64,000 nucleotides of DNA from positions 61,094,233-61,158,232 of the forward strand of contig NC_057718.1 in NCBI RefSeq assembly GCF_004010195.1. The letters are read 5' to 3'. A model generated the notes under the pieces. It had not been told where the DNA came from, ran no database searches, and saw only the letters and a program-made list of their open reading frames with translations. Below, piece by piece: positions 25,481 through 36,944 of the stretch. The stretch comes from Chiloscyllium plagiosum (lineage: Eukaryota). The first letter of the stretch is position 1; every line of letters begins with the position of its first letter. The position numbers were made by a program, and so were the translations under genes.

Positions 25481-27686
25481 CTGAGGGAACATCCTCCTGG
25501 TATCCACCCTATCAAGTCCCTTCTGGATCATCTATGTTTCAATAAGACCATCTTTAATTCTTTTAAACTCCAATGGGTATAGGTCAAAGAAAGGCCTTTT
25601 ATTACAGGAAAGAGCCAAGTGAACATTCTCTGAACTGCTTCTAACACCAAAGCCCTGTTCAACTGCAATAAACCTCCTTATTTTTTATATTACAATGAAC
25701 ACAAACATTCCACTTGTCTTCCAAATCACTTGTTGTACCTCTGTGCTATTTTTTATTTAACTCAGGTACCATGATACCTAAATCCCTTGCACCAAATTCT
25801 ACAATCTGATTCTGTTTCCCTAATGTACTGATTCAGGATTCTTCCAGCCAATTTGGACAAGTCCACATTTCCCATATTCATGTAGCAAATTTCTGACTAC
25901 TCAAACTATCTCTATCCCACGTAGATCCTTTATCTTATCTTGACAACTTACTTTGCTGCCTATGTTGGCGTCATCAGAAAAGTTACCCACCATTTTTTCT
26001 CTCCCTTCATTCAAGTCATTAATATAGCTTGCAAATAGTAGAGATCCCACAAATCACTCCTGGAGCACTCCCTAAGTTATAGTTTTCCAAGCTTAAAGGA
26101 TCCCTTTAATCCCTGCTTCCTGGAAACTCAAATCTATTGTTCATGCTAATATGTTATTCTCTACATCATGTGTCCATATCTTGTGTACTAACTTTTGTTA
26201 TGGCACCTTAACAAGTGAGTTTTGGAAATCCAAGGATACCATATACACAAGTTACCCTTTATCTGTGTTCTTTGTTACTCCCTCAACATCTTGAATAAAT
26301 TGGTTAATCACAATTTCCCCTGCACAATGTCATGTTGACTCTGCCTAAATCCATTGAGATTTTCTAAATGTCCTGCTCTATCCTCCTTAATAAAAGGATT
26401 GCAGCAATTTCCCTACAACAAACATTAAATTAGCTGGTCTGTAGTTCCTTGTTTTCTGTCTCCATTCTTGAATAAATATTTTACAATACGCATTTTCCAA
26501 TCTGCTAGAACCTTTCCAGGATCTTGGGAAAATTGGAAGATTGCAGCTATGTTTAAGACCCTATGATAACGGCCATTAACCCCTAAGGACTTGTCAACCT
26601 GTCTAAGAACTTCCTTGGAGATGAAATGCTTTAAGTTACTTTGTCTCTTTCTGAAGTATCTTTGGGAAGTTTTCTAAATCTTCTATGGTGCAGATAAAAG
26701 GTAAATACCTATCCAAAGCCTCCATCATTTTCATGATTTCAGACATTCTCTTTACTGGCCCAACACCAGAGTTAGTTACTCTTGCCTTTTTGAATAATTG
26801 TATTACTCATTACTATCTATTTCTATACTAGCACCTAGCTTTCTTTCATATTCAACTTTCCCTTTCTATTAATTTTTAATCACTCCATGCTAATCCTTAA
26901 AATCTGATCAATCATCTGATCTACCACTAATCTTGTTAATTTTATGGTGTTTTCTCAAATTTGATACTGTCCTTAATCTTCTTATTTAACTGGGGATGAT
27001 ACATCATACTTGAAGAGTCTTTCTTTCTCACTGGAAAAAATCTTTGCAGAGGTATTAATTCTCTCCTCAACATCTCCTATTATGCATCTACTCTTTTACC
27101 GGTTAACTAGTTTCTCAAATCAATTTATCTAATTCTACCTTCATATTCTTATAGTTGCCTTTGTTTAGTTTTAAAACACTAGTCTGAGACCCACACTTAC
27201 TCCCTCTTTAAATTTGACATAAATTGTAATCATGTTTTGATCGCTGTCATCTAGAAGCTTCTATTCCATGAGTTTATTGATTATCCTGTCTCATTGATCA
27301 TTACCAAGCCTTGAATAGTTTGGTTCCTAGTTGGCTGCAAAATATACAGCTCAAAGAAACTATCCTGAATGTACCATGAACACTTTTCCAGACCTTTCAC
27401 CTAATCCATATACAATGTACAGAAAGGGTGTTATTAACCCTGGAAGCATTTCCTGGTAAGTTCTACCTCTTCAGGGAGAACAGAAAAAAAGGAGAGGAAA
27501 AAAAACAGAAATTAAGTTTTAGCAGAGACTTTCACATGCACGGACATAATAATTAAGTTGACAATCACTGCACAAACTTGTGTGTCAAAACATTATAATG
27601 TATTTTGTAGGGCTCATTTTACTGTGACATCGCCTTTTAAAAGGAAAAATGTATATTTTCCTGGACAGTGAATATGCTGCACTTAC

Positions 27687-27701
27687 CACAAAGCATCCTG
27701 T
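27687..27701 (-). other. Candidate 15-nt exon (microexon, or 3' end of a longer exon) of an unidentified minus-strand gene
   Basis: ttttcag|ACAGGATGCTTTGTG|gtaagt in a repeat-free island; downstream TGCATG at 27535-27540. Confidence 0.35.
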
Positions 27702-28452
27702 CTGAAAACCAATTTCATGAACCTAACATGGCACGTTTGCATTTCAGAGACTAGCAGAGTGATTTCTTTTTTTCTTCCCTCAATGAAGAGGCAAGTACCT
27801 CATTCCTGCTTAGCTTTTCCTCATAACAACACAATTGAAGAACTTACTGCATAGCGAATTATAAATGCAATTCATGTCCTCGCAATTTGTGACACAGTGA
27901 TATTTTCGGACACTCCAAGAAGTATTTATGAAATATTATTTAAGTAGTCAGAATATACCTTCCTTATTATGCAAATAATTTTAAAATATTTTAAAGTCCA
28001 ATTTCATAGGATAAGTCGAGAGATTCCATATGGTGTTTCATAGAAAATGCTTTATAAGGCTATGTTCAAGACTACATTAACACTGAAGAATCATCCAGTT
28101 CAGTTACATATAATGTGTTACAGAGTAATTCACAATCAAAATTAAAGGTGACAAAACAAAATTATGCCCCCATCAAGGTTTGGTCTGAACATTAAATTAA
28201 AATTGGCTTTCACATTTGACCTCTAACCTAACATTGTCACACCATTGAAACATTTTTCAGGTTTTGCAATAAAAAAAATTGCATCATTTAATTCAACTTA
28301 AAGCACAAAATATTATTGCTACAGGCATGCCATGGATTCCACTTTGAATAGCTGTTATATCAGAGAATTTGCTATTGTTGAGAAAGTAATAACTAAAACA
28401 GTTTAAACTGTTACCAATGGCAATGCATTCATGAAATACAATCCGAGGCTCT

Positions 28453-28474
28453 GATAGATAGATAGATAGATAGA
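28453..28474 (+). repeat. (GATA)n microsatellite
   Basis: gatagatagatagatagataga. Confidence 0.9.
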
Positions 28475-28765
28475 ATGGTGTTTTTCAAGTGTTTAAGTTA
28501 TGAAGACTTCATGTAGGAGTTTCTGTGACCTATACCCTGCCTAACCACTTCTAAAATATAAATGTTGCAAAGGCCATAGCAAATCAATCAACAACCATCT
28601 TGGGTCTTTGCTATCAAACCAGCAATCGTAATGATATAGCGGCTAATGAAATAATGTTATTGTGACAATGGAATGAATAATCAAATGTCACCATCATCTT
28701 TACCTTTGAACTCTCTGGAAGTACAGTGGAATCCAGGTTGAACAAAAGTACTATTCAAATCTATA

Positions 28766-28983
28766 TAGCAGTCTCCCGTACCCGGGAGGACATGTTCCAA
28801 GACCTACTGCAGACGCCTGAAACCGCAGATAGGTGCAAAACTACTCATTTAAATGGGAAATTTACCTTCCCAGCAGCCCCAGTCCCTGGTTCTGGAACAT
28901 TCCCTGTAATATGTCTGGACCACGGTAAACCGCGAGTAACTGAAACCACGGAAACCGACTCTGCGAATACGGCGGTCATCCTG
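28766..28983. mobile_element. Tigger/pogo-type MITE (MER44/Tigger7-like)
   Basis: TA on both flanks; ends resemble recalled MER44 termini ('gttccaagacc...gcctgaaaccgc' and 'taactgaaaccacggaaacc...ctg'). Confidence 0.7.
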
Positions 28984-31900
28984 TATTGTTCGTGTATAAT
29001 AGGAATAACTGGACAAGTGACTACTCAGTCAAGAATAAATTGTAATTTGGCAGAAATGTTCTTTTATCAAGATTGAGACTGGAACATACTGACATTCAGT
29101 TGCCCACTTATAGAAAAGGCAAAAGTCTGGATGATTTTGACATCACCACAATTGTCAACCAGAATTCAATTATCAATAAATATGAGCTGTTTAATTGTCT
29201 ACTCTATTTACACATGTCTACGTCAATGTTGATTTTTTTTAACCATTTTGTGTCATAAGTGTTAACTAGTCCCAAAGTATCTCATCGTCCAAGAATTACA
29301 ATGTGATTCAGTGTATTTTTTTCCAATGCATTTTTAAAAACGTCTCAGCACCAGGTCCAGATCCAAAACAAGCAGCAATTATACAATCGACCCTGAGGGC
29401 ACAAATGACATGAGCAGATGATTCCATGTGTACCCAGCCTTTACAAATATCCAATTCAGAGATCTTTGCTCTCTAACAACCATGAAGTCCAGGCCGATTA
29501 TTCAGGGTCATTCCTCACAGATATTAAGGACTTCAAACACCATGACGAACGACAAAGGAAAATGCTAATGCCTGAAGTGAAATACACAACAACTGACTCC
29601 AATTCGCAATTATAGTTCAGTAATTATGAAACCCTGTTTATATAAAGATATGTTTTCTGATGCTGCTTGTTGCCCAACTGAGGCATGAAGTTACCTTATG
29701 TTTCCTGATTTTAGCAAAGTATGAAGTAAGAATCATGGTTTTGCAATCATAACACAATATGTCTTGAATTAGAATTTAGCACAGGAAAGAGATAAACTAA
29801 ACACATTAAGGTCGGCACTGCCATCCAAAAACATGTTATACAGATTTTAACACTTACTTTGGCACATTCTGATAAAACTCCAAAGCAATGTACTGTGTCT
29901 TTAAGAACAGTAAATCACAAAGATCAAAGGGATGCTGCACACAGACACTACACTGTATTATGCACAATCACATACTTATCTTCAAAATACACGTACTCTC
30001 CTTAATAAAATATGCATTCAGCCCTTTTTGCTGTAAGCACTCAATAAGCACCACAAAAATACCACTTATAAATTACTATTCTGACATTCTTTTCAATCAC
30101 AAAGATTTTTTTTGTATCAACACCATGAACAAAACCTCCATCCTTTTCTAAACATGGCCGGTACTTGCTTGTGTCTGGTATCTGCATAAGTCTTTTGTGT
30201 ATTGGTAATGGACTGCAGGAACTCTGGCAGCTCTGAACTCAGAGCAGGGAATACATCTGAGGAACAATATGCTGACAGACCCCTCAGTGGAAATCTAATC
30301 AGTTCCAGCCCACATCCCTTCGCATGCACTGCACAGAAACTATTTAACTTTCATTAAACAGTGTTTGATATCAGCTAAATAGAATGCATACGGCTCCAAT
30401 ATCGCTCATATGGTCTCGTTTGTCATTGGCCAGCAGTGCTAGTTCGCATTTTTTTTCTTCCGTTGCCTGTGTCATTACCATATAGCTGTCTTTTAAAAAG
30501 AAAGACCTTTGAAGGTGTACTTAATGCATATATTCCTCTCCCTTTTGTTGTACGGCCACAGTGTTAAAGTAGTGATTCATGTATGTCATGAATGTCATGT
30601 ATGTCCCATGCAGCTTCCATTAATTACTTGTAATGTAGCTTTATCTCAGTAGCTGGGACGACTATCTCCATTTCTGTCTCTCAGAGGCATCTGACTCACA
30701 ACCTTTTTGCATTTTTTTCATTTCTCTTAGCCGCTCATTTGCAGTCACTCAGTTTTACTGATGCTTGCATTACAAGCATCAGGACATGCATTAACAGATT
30801 TTCAACAAAAAAAAATCATATCTCTCAAACTAAATTGGATTTTGCCACCGTATATGCATAAAGTGGCTACCAATTGAGGGTTTGAAATGTAATTTTTCCC
30901 CTCATCTGAATGCAGCTGATTGGTGATGTTCACTGGCACACACTGAAACGCTTCTTCAGTAACTGCCTCTACTATTCTCAATTTTTGTCTAGAATTATGC
31001 TCCAGAGGAATTCTCCAGGGTAATTGAATGCATTGCACAGTAAAGCTGTTTTCACAGCAGCAACACATGTAAAGGGTCCTGAGCTGCAGAAAGTTGTGGC
31101 ATGCAAGGGCTCACAATCAGACCTTTTTACTCCCTTGCCATCAAGGGTTAATTCCATAATGGATGTGTCACCTGATTGCCTGGCTGGTAAGCCGGCCAAG
31201 TCTTGTAGCGCCTGCAGAGAACCTCAAGCTGTGATATGGAGCCAGCAAATACCATTAATCCTCTCAATAAGAAGGATCACATATGTAAAATGTCTGGAAC
31301 TATAACTAGTTGGGCAGGTAGCGGAGAAAGGCAGATCAGGGCAAAATAAGCATCTGCAAAAAATAGCTGGAGTTTCTTTTTCTTCTTTGTATTTGTCTCT
31401 ACTTAATATTAACAGGATAGAATTTCTGTGTGAACACTAAAATGTCGGGAAGATGATTTACTGAACTTTTATTGAATACCACATTTATTTTTAAGGAGGA
31501 AGTATTTTAGATTAAAGCATGTAACCAATACAGACCTTGTACAGTTAAGGCAATAGCCAGATAGAAGTTATTGTGAAAGGTAGAAAAATAGGAAATTATT
31601 GTCATCAAACTTTGCTGATAATTGACATATTCTAACATGATAAATTATCCCCAGCAATTTGAAAATAAAGATGACTTTTTTCTGAGAAATATAAAAAAGG
31701 TGTAATGTTTATTCACCTTGAAACAAAATCTCATTAAAGTAATTCAACTAACAAATAGCTTAGAGAGAAATTAGAACATATGTATTGTGTGCCAAGAGAT
31801 AAAGCCAAATTTGGGTTCATAAGGCGTGTCAAGAAAATTTAATGTGTGTTAAAGCTTCAGATTTTAAAGGTGCAGATTTCTTAAACTCAATTTCTACTTG

Positions 31901-32317
31901 ACAATAAAGAAACATTACTGAGCAGGATTTAAATCTCAATCTATCTCCTAAAGCTTTGATTTGGTAATAAAAATCATTATATGCATAAGGGTTTGATGCT
32001 TAGCAATCAAAGAACAAATCTCCTGTTCTTCCTTCCAATGAAGAGTTACATTATTGTTGCAATTTGCACTGGTGGCAATTCACAAGAGACCATAGCTACA
32101 CCGTTGACAACATGCTGTGGATATTTCTCTGATGTTTGCAAGGCCGGTTAACTATAAAAGTAAAAAATGGAGAATACTGATGAAAAAGTTCAAGGGATCA
32201 GTCTTTGTAGCATTAACTCTCCAAACAGCCAGTGCATATGAGCAGCTGGTGCTGATGAGGAGACACTGTGCTTTCTTAGTGAAAGACAAAAGATAATTCT
32301 GATTAAATGATCCTGGT

Positions 32318-32741
32318 TAAAAAAAACTGTATTGCTATAGCGCCTTTAATGTTCTCAGGATGTTCCAAAATGTTTCACAACCAACAACGTCCTTTTGAAT
32401 TGCACTCCCTATCGTAAAATAAGAATCATTGGCAGTTAATTTGCAGAGAGCAGGCTCCTATAAATAGCAATGTAATAATGACCAGGCAGCCTTTATTCGT
32501 TAGTGAAGTTGACTGAGGGATAAATAATGTCTGGGGGGCCAGGAATGACTTCTTCTTTGGAATAGTGCTGTAGAGTCCTGCTCATATTAACACCTCATCC
32601 AAACAATTGTATCTCTAATAGTGCAGCACTCCTCAGATCTGCATTGAAGTTTCAAATGAGATTTCTGTGTTCAAGCCATTGGACTGGAACTCAAGCCCAC
32701 AACTCTCTGACTCAGGGACACGAGTTCTATGAACTGAGTCA
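32318..32741 (-). mobile_element. SacSINE1-like DeuSINE
   Basis: tRNA-like head at the right end; Deu-domain-like 'tttatccctcagtcaacttcactaa...ctggtcattattacattgct'; tail 'aaaggcgctatagcaatacag'. Confidence 0.75.
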
Positions 32742-32879
32742 TTTGTAAGACACTTCTAATTATGGCCAAAGGCTATATCTTGAAGGCCTACAGTCCTCTG
32801 ACAGAATAAATTCCTCAAGAATTTCCCGTCATTCTGCTCCTCATTGTGCAACTGTGCCATATGATGGGAAATTGTGGGA

Positions 32880-33175
32880 AACGTAGAAAATAGCAAAAGT
32901 AAGCTTTTTGGCTCTTCGAGCCTGCTGCACCATTCAATCTGATTGTGACTAATCAACCAACTCAGTACCTGTTCTGACATTTTCTGATACTCTTTGATCC
33001 TTTCAGCCCTAACAATGATATCTATCTCTTTCTTGTATTGGCCTCAGCAGCTTTCTATGGCAGACAATTCCACAGGCTGATCACTCTCTGAGTAAAGAAA
33101 TTTCTCCTAATCTCAGTCCTAAGAGGCCTACCCCATATCCTTAAACTGTTACGTCTGGCTCTGGACTCCCTGGGC
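32880..33175 (-). mobile_element. CR1 3' fragment
   Basis: 'cttcgagcctgctgcaccattcaat...aagaaatttctcctaatctcagtcct'. Confidence 0.8.
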
Positions 33176-34576
33176 AGCAAATATCAGAGGGCTCTAAAAT
33201 TAGAGAATTCATCCAAATGCAATGAGGAATGTGTGCTATTTTTCAAAACTGATACAAATTATTTGTAAATGTTTGTTCAACTATTTATTAAAGAGGCTTG
33301 GTTGTACATCCCCACTCTGTGAAATTGCATTCCTCTAACTAGTAGAAATTTTCACAGGCCCCTCGTAACTCTGCAGAACTGTAAACAAATTCCCACAAAA
33401 TATTGTGGATCCAATTTGCAAACCAATTATGATGTACTGCCAAAGTGTAACCACTTCTGCCAGCCAACATCAGCAAACTTACACCAAGTCAGCTTGTTCT
33501 AAATTGACTACAGGTGCTGAGAATTGAATTACAGCTAAATGTCTCAATCACAGAATGATTTGATTAAAACAGAAATGCTTAGATTTGAAGGTGATATATC
33601 AGTTTTCAACTTCCATCACCTGATTTTAAAACCTGAGGCCTTCATGGACTAAAATGGTCTTTTAAAAAATGGATCAAACAGAGCTGCAGCAATCACCTGA
33701 CTACAGATTGTGGTAAAGTTAGGAAATTGAAATGGAATAAGTAAAATCATCTCGACCGAAATTACACTTTATCGAAAGATGTTGAAATAAGTTGACCAAG
33801 TCAGGTGACGAGATGCTAACTTCTTTTGAAATTTACACTTATATGATAAATTGTAACTATTGGATATGGAAGGTAGCCTGCAAGTTTCCAGTTTGAAATG
33901 ACAATGAAGCCAGATTTCGGAGTACAAAAATGAAGCATTTTTCAGTAGCTACTTGGCAGAGCAGGAAACAAAGAAAATGGATTGGTTATAAAGAGGAATG
34001 GAATACTCTCTCTTTATCTTGTCCAATTTCCTTTACTTCTTTTCAAAAGACAACACCAGTGACAAAACAAATCACAGAAACATTCAATCACAGAGGTCAA
34101 AGACTCTATAAATTTCACTTCTGTTGAGGATATATGCCATTAGCTAAACAGACATTAAACAGCCATAATTTCAGATTCAACTTATAGACTCTAAGGACCT
34201 TTTTAAACTTCTTATTCATTATCTTCCTACACAACCATATGTTCTCCTCTTTTAAACTTTATGGGCTGAATCATACTTATTTTGGTTGAGTGTCTGTTCA
34301 TTAAGTTTCATGGTCCCTCTCTGCAAAGCCTAGTGAGTGGCTCCCCACTAATCTGATTCTACTTCTTGCTGTCCAGGAACAACTCACCACTATTGGGACA
34401 TCATGGAATGGACTAAAAGGTCTTTATACTTGAGCAAGCACTTTAGGCTGCAGCTGCACTGCATGGTTCCTGACATTTGCCCTGAATTTTGCAGACAGGG
34501 AAAATTGGAGATCCGCTTTGCAGGCAGGGACCTGGAAGGTCCTCTTGGATGTGACAGTACACAGGTAGGAGGTCCT

Positions 34577-34712
34577 AGAGTCATAGAGCACAGAAAGCAG
34601 CCCTACAGCTCAACTAATCCATGCTGATGAGGTTTCCTAAACTGAATTAGTCCCATTTGCCTGCATTTGGCCCACAATTGTCAAAATTGGTCTTATTCAT
34701 GTACCTGTACAA
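34577..34712 (-). mobile_element. Short CR1 3' end
   Basis: 'tagagtcatagag...tagtcccatttgcctgcatttggccca'. Confidence 0.75.
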
Positions 34713-35399
34713 ATATCCTGAGATCTTGGTGCCCAGTGTCGAATATATGCATCCGAAGAGAAAGCCACTGTTACTGTTGTCACTTCTGCTGTTTGCAGTG
34801 GTGTAGCTTCTTCTCTTCCTCTTCAGAGTGGCATGGTGGAGCTTTAAAAGCTGCTCCCATACCGAGTTGAAGGCTGGCAGCTGGGAAGTGCAGCAAAAGG
34901 TAAGCAAAGTGCTAGCCTTTGAGTGCAGGGTTGATGAAGTGGCTCCCAAAACATTCTGAGAGAAGGAGTGTGCTTTGAGCATCCATCTTCTACCTAGCCA
35001 TGGCTGGAGATCTCCAGTTTCACTGGTCATATGCCTTCCCACAAGTCAGTTCAATTGAAAAAGCTCTTCACGTTGTACAACTGCTTCTGTGACTCTAGAA
35101 TGTTGATGACGGGACAGTTGATGAACCAAGTACCTTTGCTGGGAAAGTCAAAATCTACAGTTGAAGACTTTTTTAATTGCTGAATTGATTTCCCATTGGA
35201 TGCAGGCGGGTTTTCTGCTGACCTACAAAAACCAGAGAAGTAACTTGGATGGGGGTAAATGATGACAGTATCCTGGCCCAGCATTCATTTCTGGGAATTT
35301 GACTCCCTGCACACATAAAAACTTGCATCCTCTTGACTGAGAAAGACCACCAATCCATCCATGTCACCCAGTACAGAGCAACAATTATCAAATACATTG

Positions 35400-35920
35400 G
35401 GATATTGAACTGCAGAACAAAAACAGCAGAACCTAAGCTAAAGGACATATGATCAAAACTTTATTGTGCTCAAGTAAGACAGATCCTTGAATATTGTATT
35501 TACTTCCACTCACCAAGAAAAACTTTCAAATGCTGGAAACAGCACAGAGAGCATCAGGAAGGTGATTTCCAATCTTAGAGGTTTGAATTATGAGAATAAT
35601 TAGAAAATCTGGAATTTTCATCCAAGAAAGGGAATGTCAGACCTACAGAGGCATTAAGAATATTAAGGTAAAAGAACATGTTAAACTACAATATTAAATT
35701 GAACTGAACATAAAGTGTGAAATGAGAGGACATGGGATCAACTGAAGAAGGGGACTCTAGGACAGACATCAAACATGCTTGGTCACAAAAAGGGGAACCT
35801 TTTTTTAAGAGTGAAGAAAGCAAAAGGTCTATTTAAGAAACAGTTGAAAGTTACAATAAAGGAGTGGTGTGGGCGAAGATTGGGATTATATCTTTCCAGC
35901 TGTAGTATTATGTTGTATTC
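35400..35920 (+). mobile_element. Very old CR1 ORF2 fragment
   Basis: V.RQILEYCI and IS.LRGLNYE motifs. Confidence 0.5.
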
Positions 35921-36539
35921 TCATGAATACATACACAATAGAGGATCACTGCATTTACATTGGGCAAAAGAACAATAAGTGAAAGTCACAACTACAGAAA
36001 ACAGGATGCCTTCCAAAACTCAAGCACTGCTTATACCTGTTTGTGTAATTGTGAATTTCAAACAGGATAGTGAAAGAAATTATGATTGATACAAGTATCA
36101 AGTCAGTTCATCCCACCCTTCTCTACTAAGTATTTGAAAGTATTTGAAAGTATTCTCTACTAAGTATTTGACCCTGGAGTATGAAGAAAGTGAATTTACA
36201 AACACAAAGCACAGTGAATCATCCCTGTGTTCTAATTGTTTCTCTGCCAAAGATGACTCTAGAAATTGAGATGATTCAGTATCAACCGTATGTACAAACT
36301 CAGCTCTTAGATTGCTGGGCTCAGTAATCCCTCCAACACATAGCTCCAGTGACAGCATCTGCTATAATCCTTCAATAATAAAACTTCAAAAGGGAAAAAA
36401 AATCTGAGATGCACACAAAATAAAAATGCAATATTAATTTTTTTTGTAACTTTAACTTTCAAATGGGCGTCCTTATCATGGCAGTGACTTTAAGGCAGGA
36501 TTTCATCTTACAAAATGTGTACGTTAACGAGTAAAAATT

Positions 36540-36880
36540 GAAGCAAGGATGTTGTTTTTGAAATGATGTAATCTGGATTTCACTAACTTCAGTAGGAGAC
36601 TAGGACCGAAGGGCACAGCCACATAATGAAGGCATGATCATTTTGAGGAGAAATTTCTTCAGTCATCGGCTGGTGAATCTGTTGAACACATTGTCACGGA
36701 AGGCCATGGTGGCCAAGTTATTGAGTGTATTTAAGACAGAGGTGGATAGGTTATTGACTAATAAAGGGATCTAAGATTAAAGGGAGAAGACAAGAGAATG
36801 GGGTTGAGAAACATATCCACCATGATTGAATTACAGAGTGGACACAATGGGCCAAATTCTGATTCTATATCTCATAACCT
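36540..36880 (+). mobile_element. CR1 3' fragment
   Basis: 'gaggagaaatttcttcagtc...gtgaatctgttgaac...catgattgaatt'. Confidence 0.7.
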
Positions 36881-36944
36881 TCCAAAGATTTTACGACAAC
36901 AGAATAACCTTATAGTAGCATGCAGATTCGCAACAGCAAATAGC

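Larger units (their letters stand above)
24520..27410 (-). mobile_element. Old CR1 ORF2 fragment with nested HE1 SINE and PLE
   Basis: Reverse-strand RT motifs (ADD-like 'tctgatgacgccaac' at ~25965; 'aactacagaccagctaat' = NYRP at ~26430). Confidence 0.75.

Noticed and set aside
34730..35390. Possible decayed RTE-like fragment
   Set aside because: No diagnostic motif readable.
36119..36170. Small direct repeat ttctctactaagtatttga
   Set aside because: Ordinary slippage duplication with no further structure.
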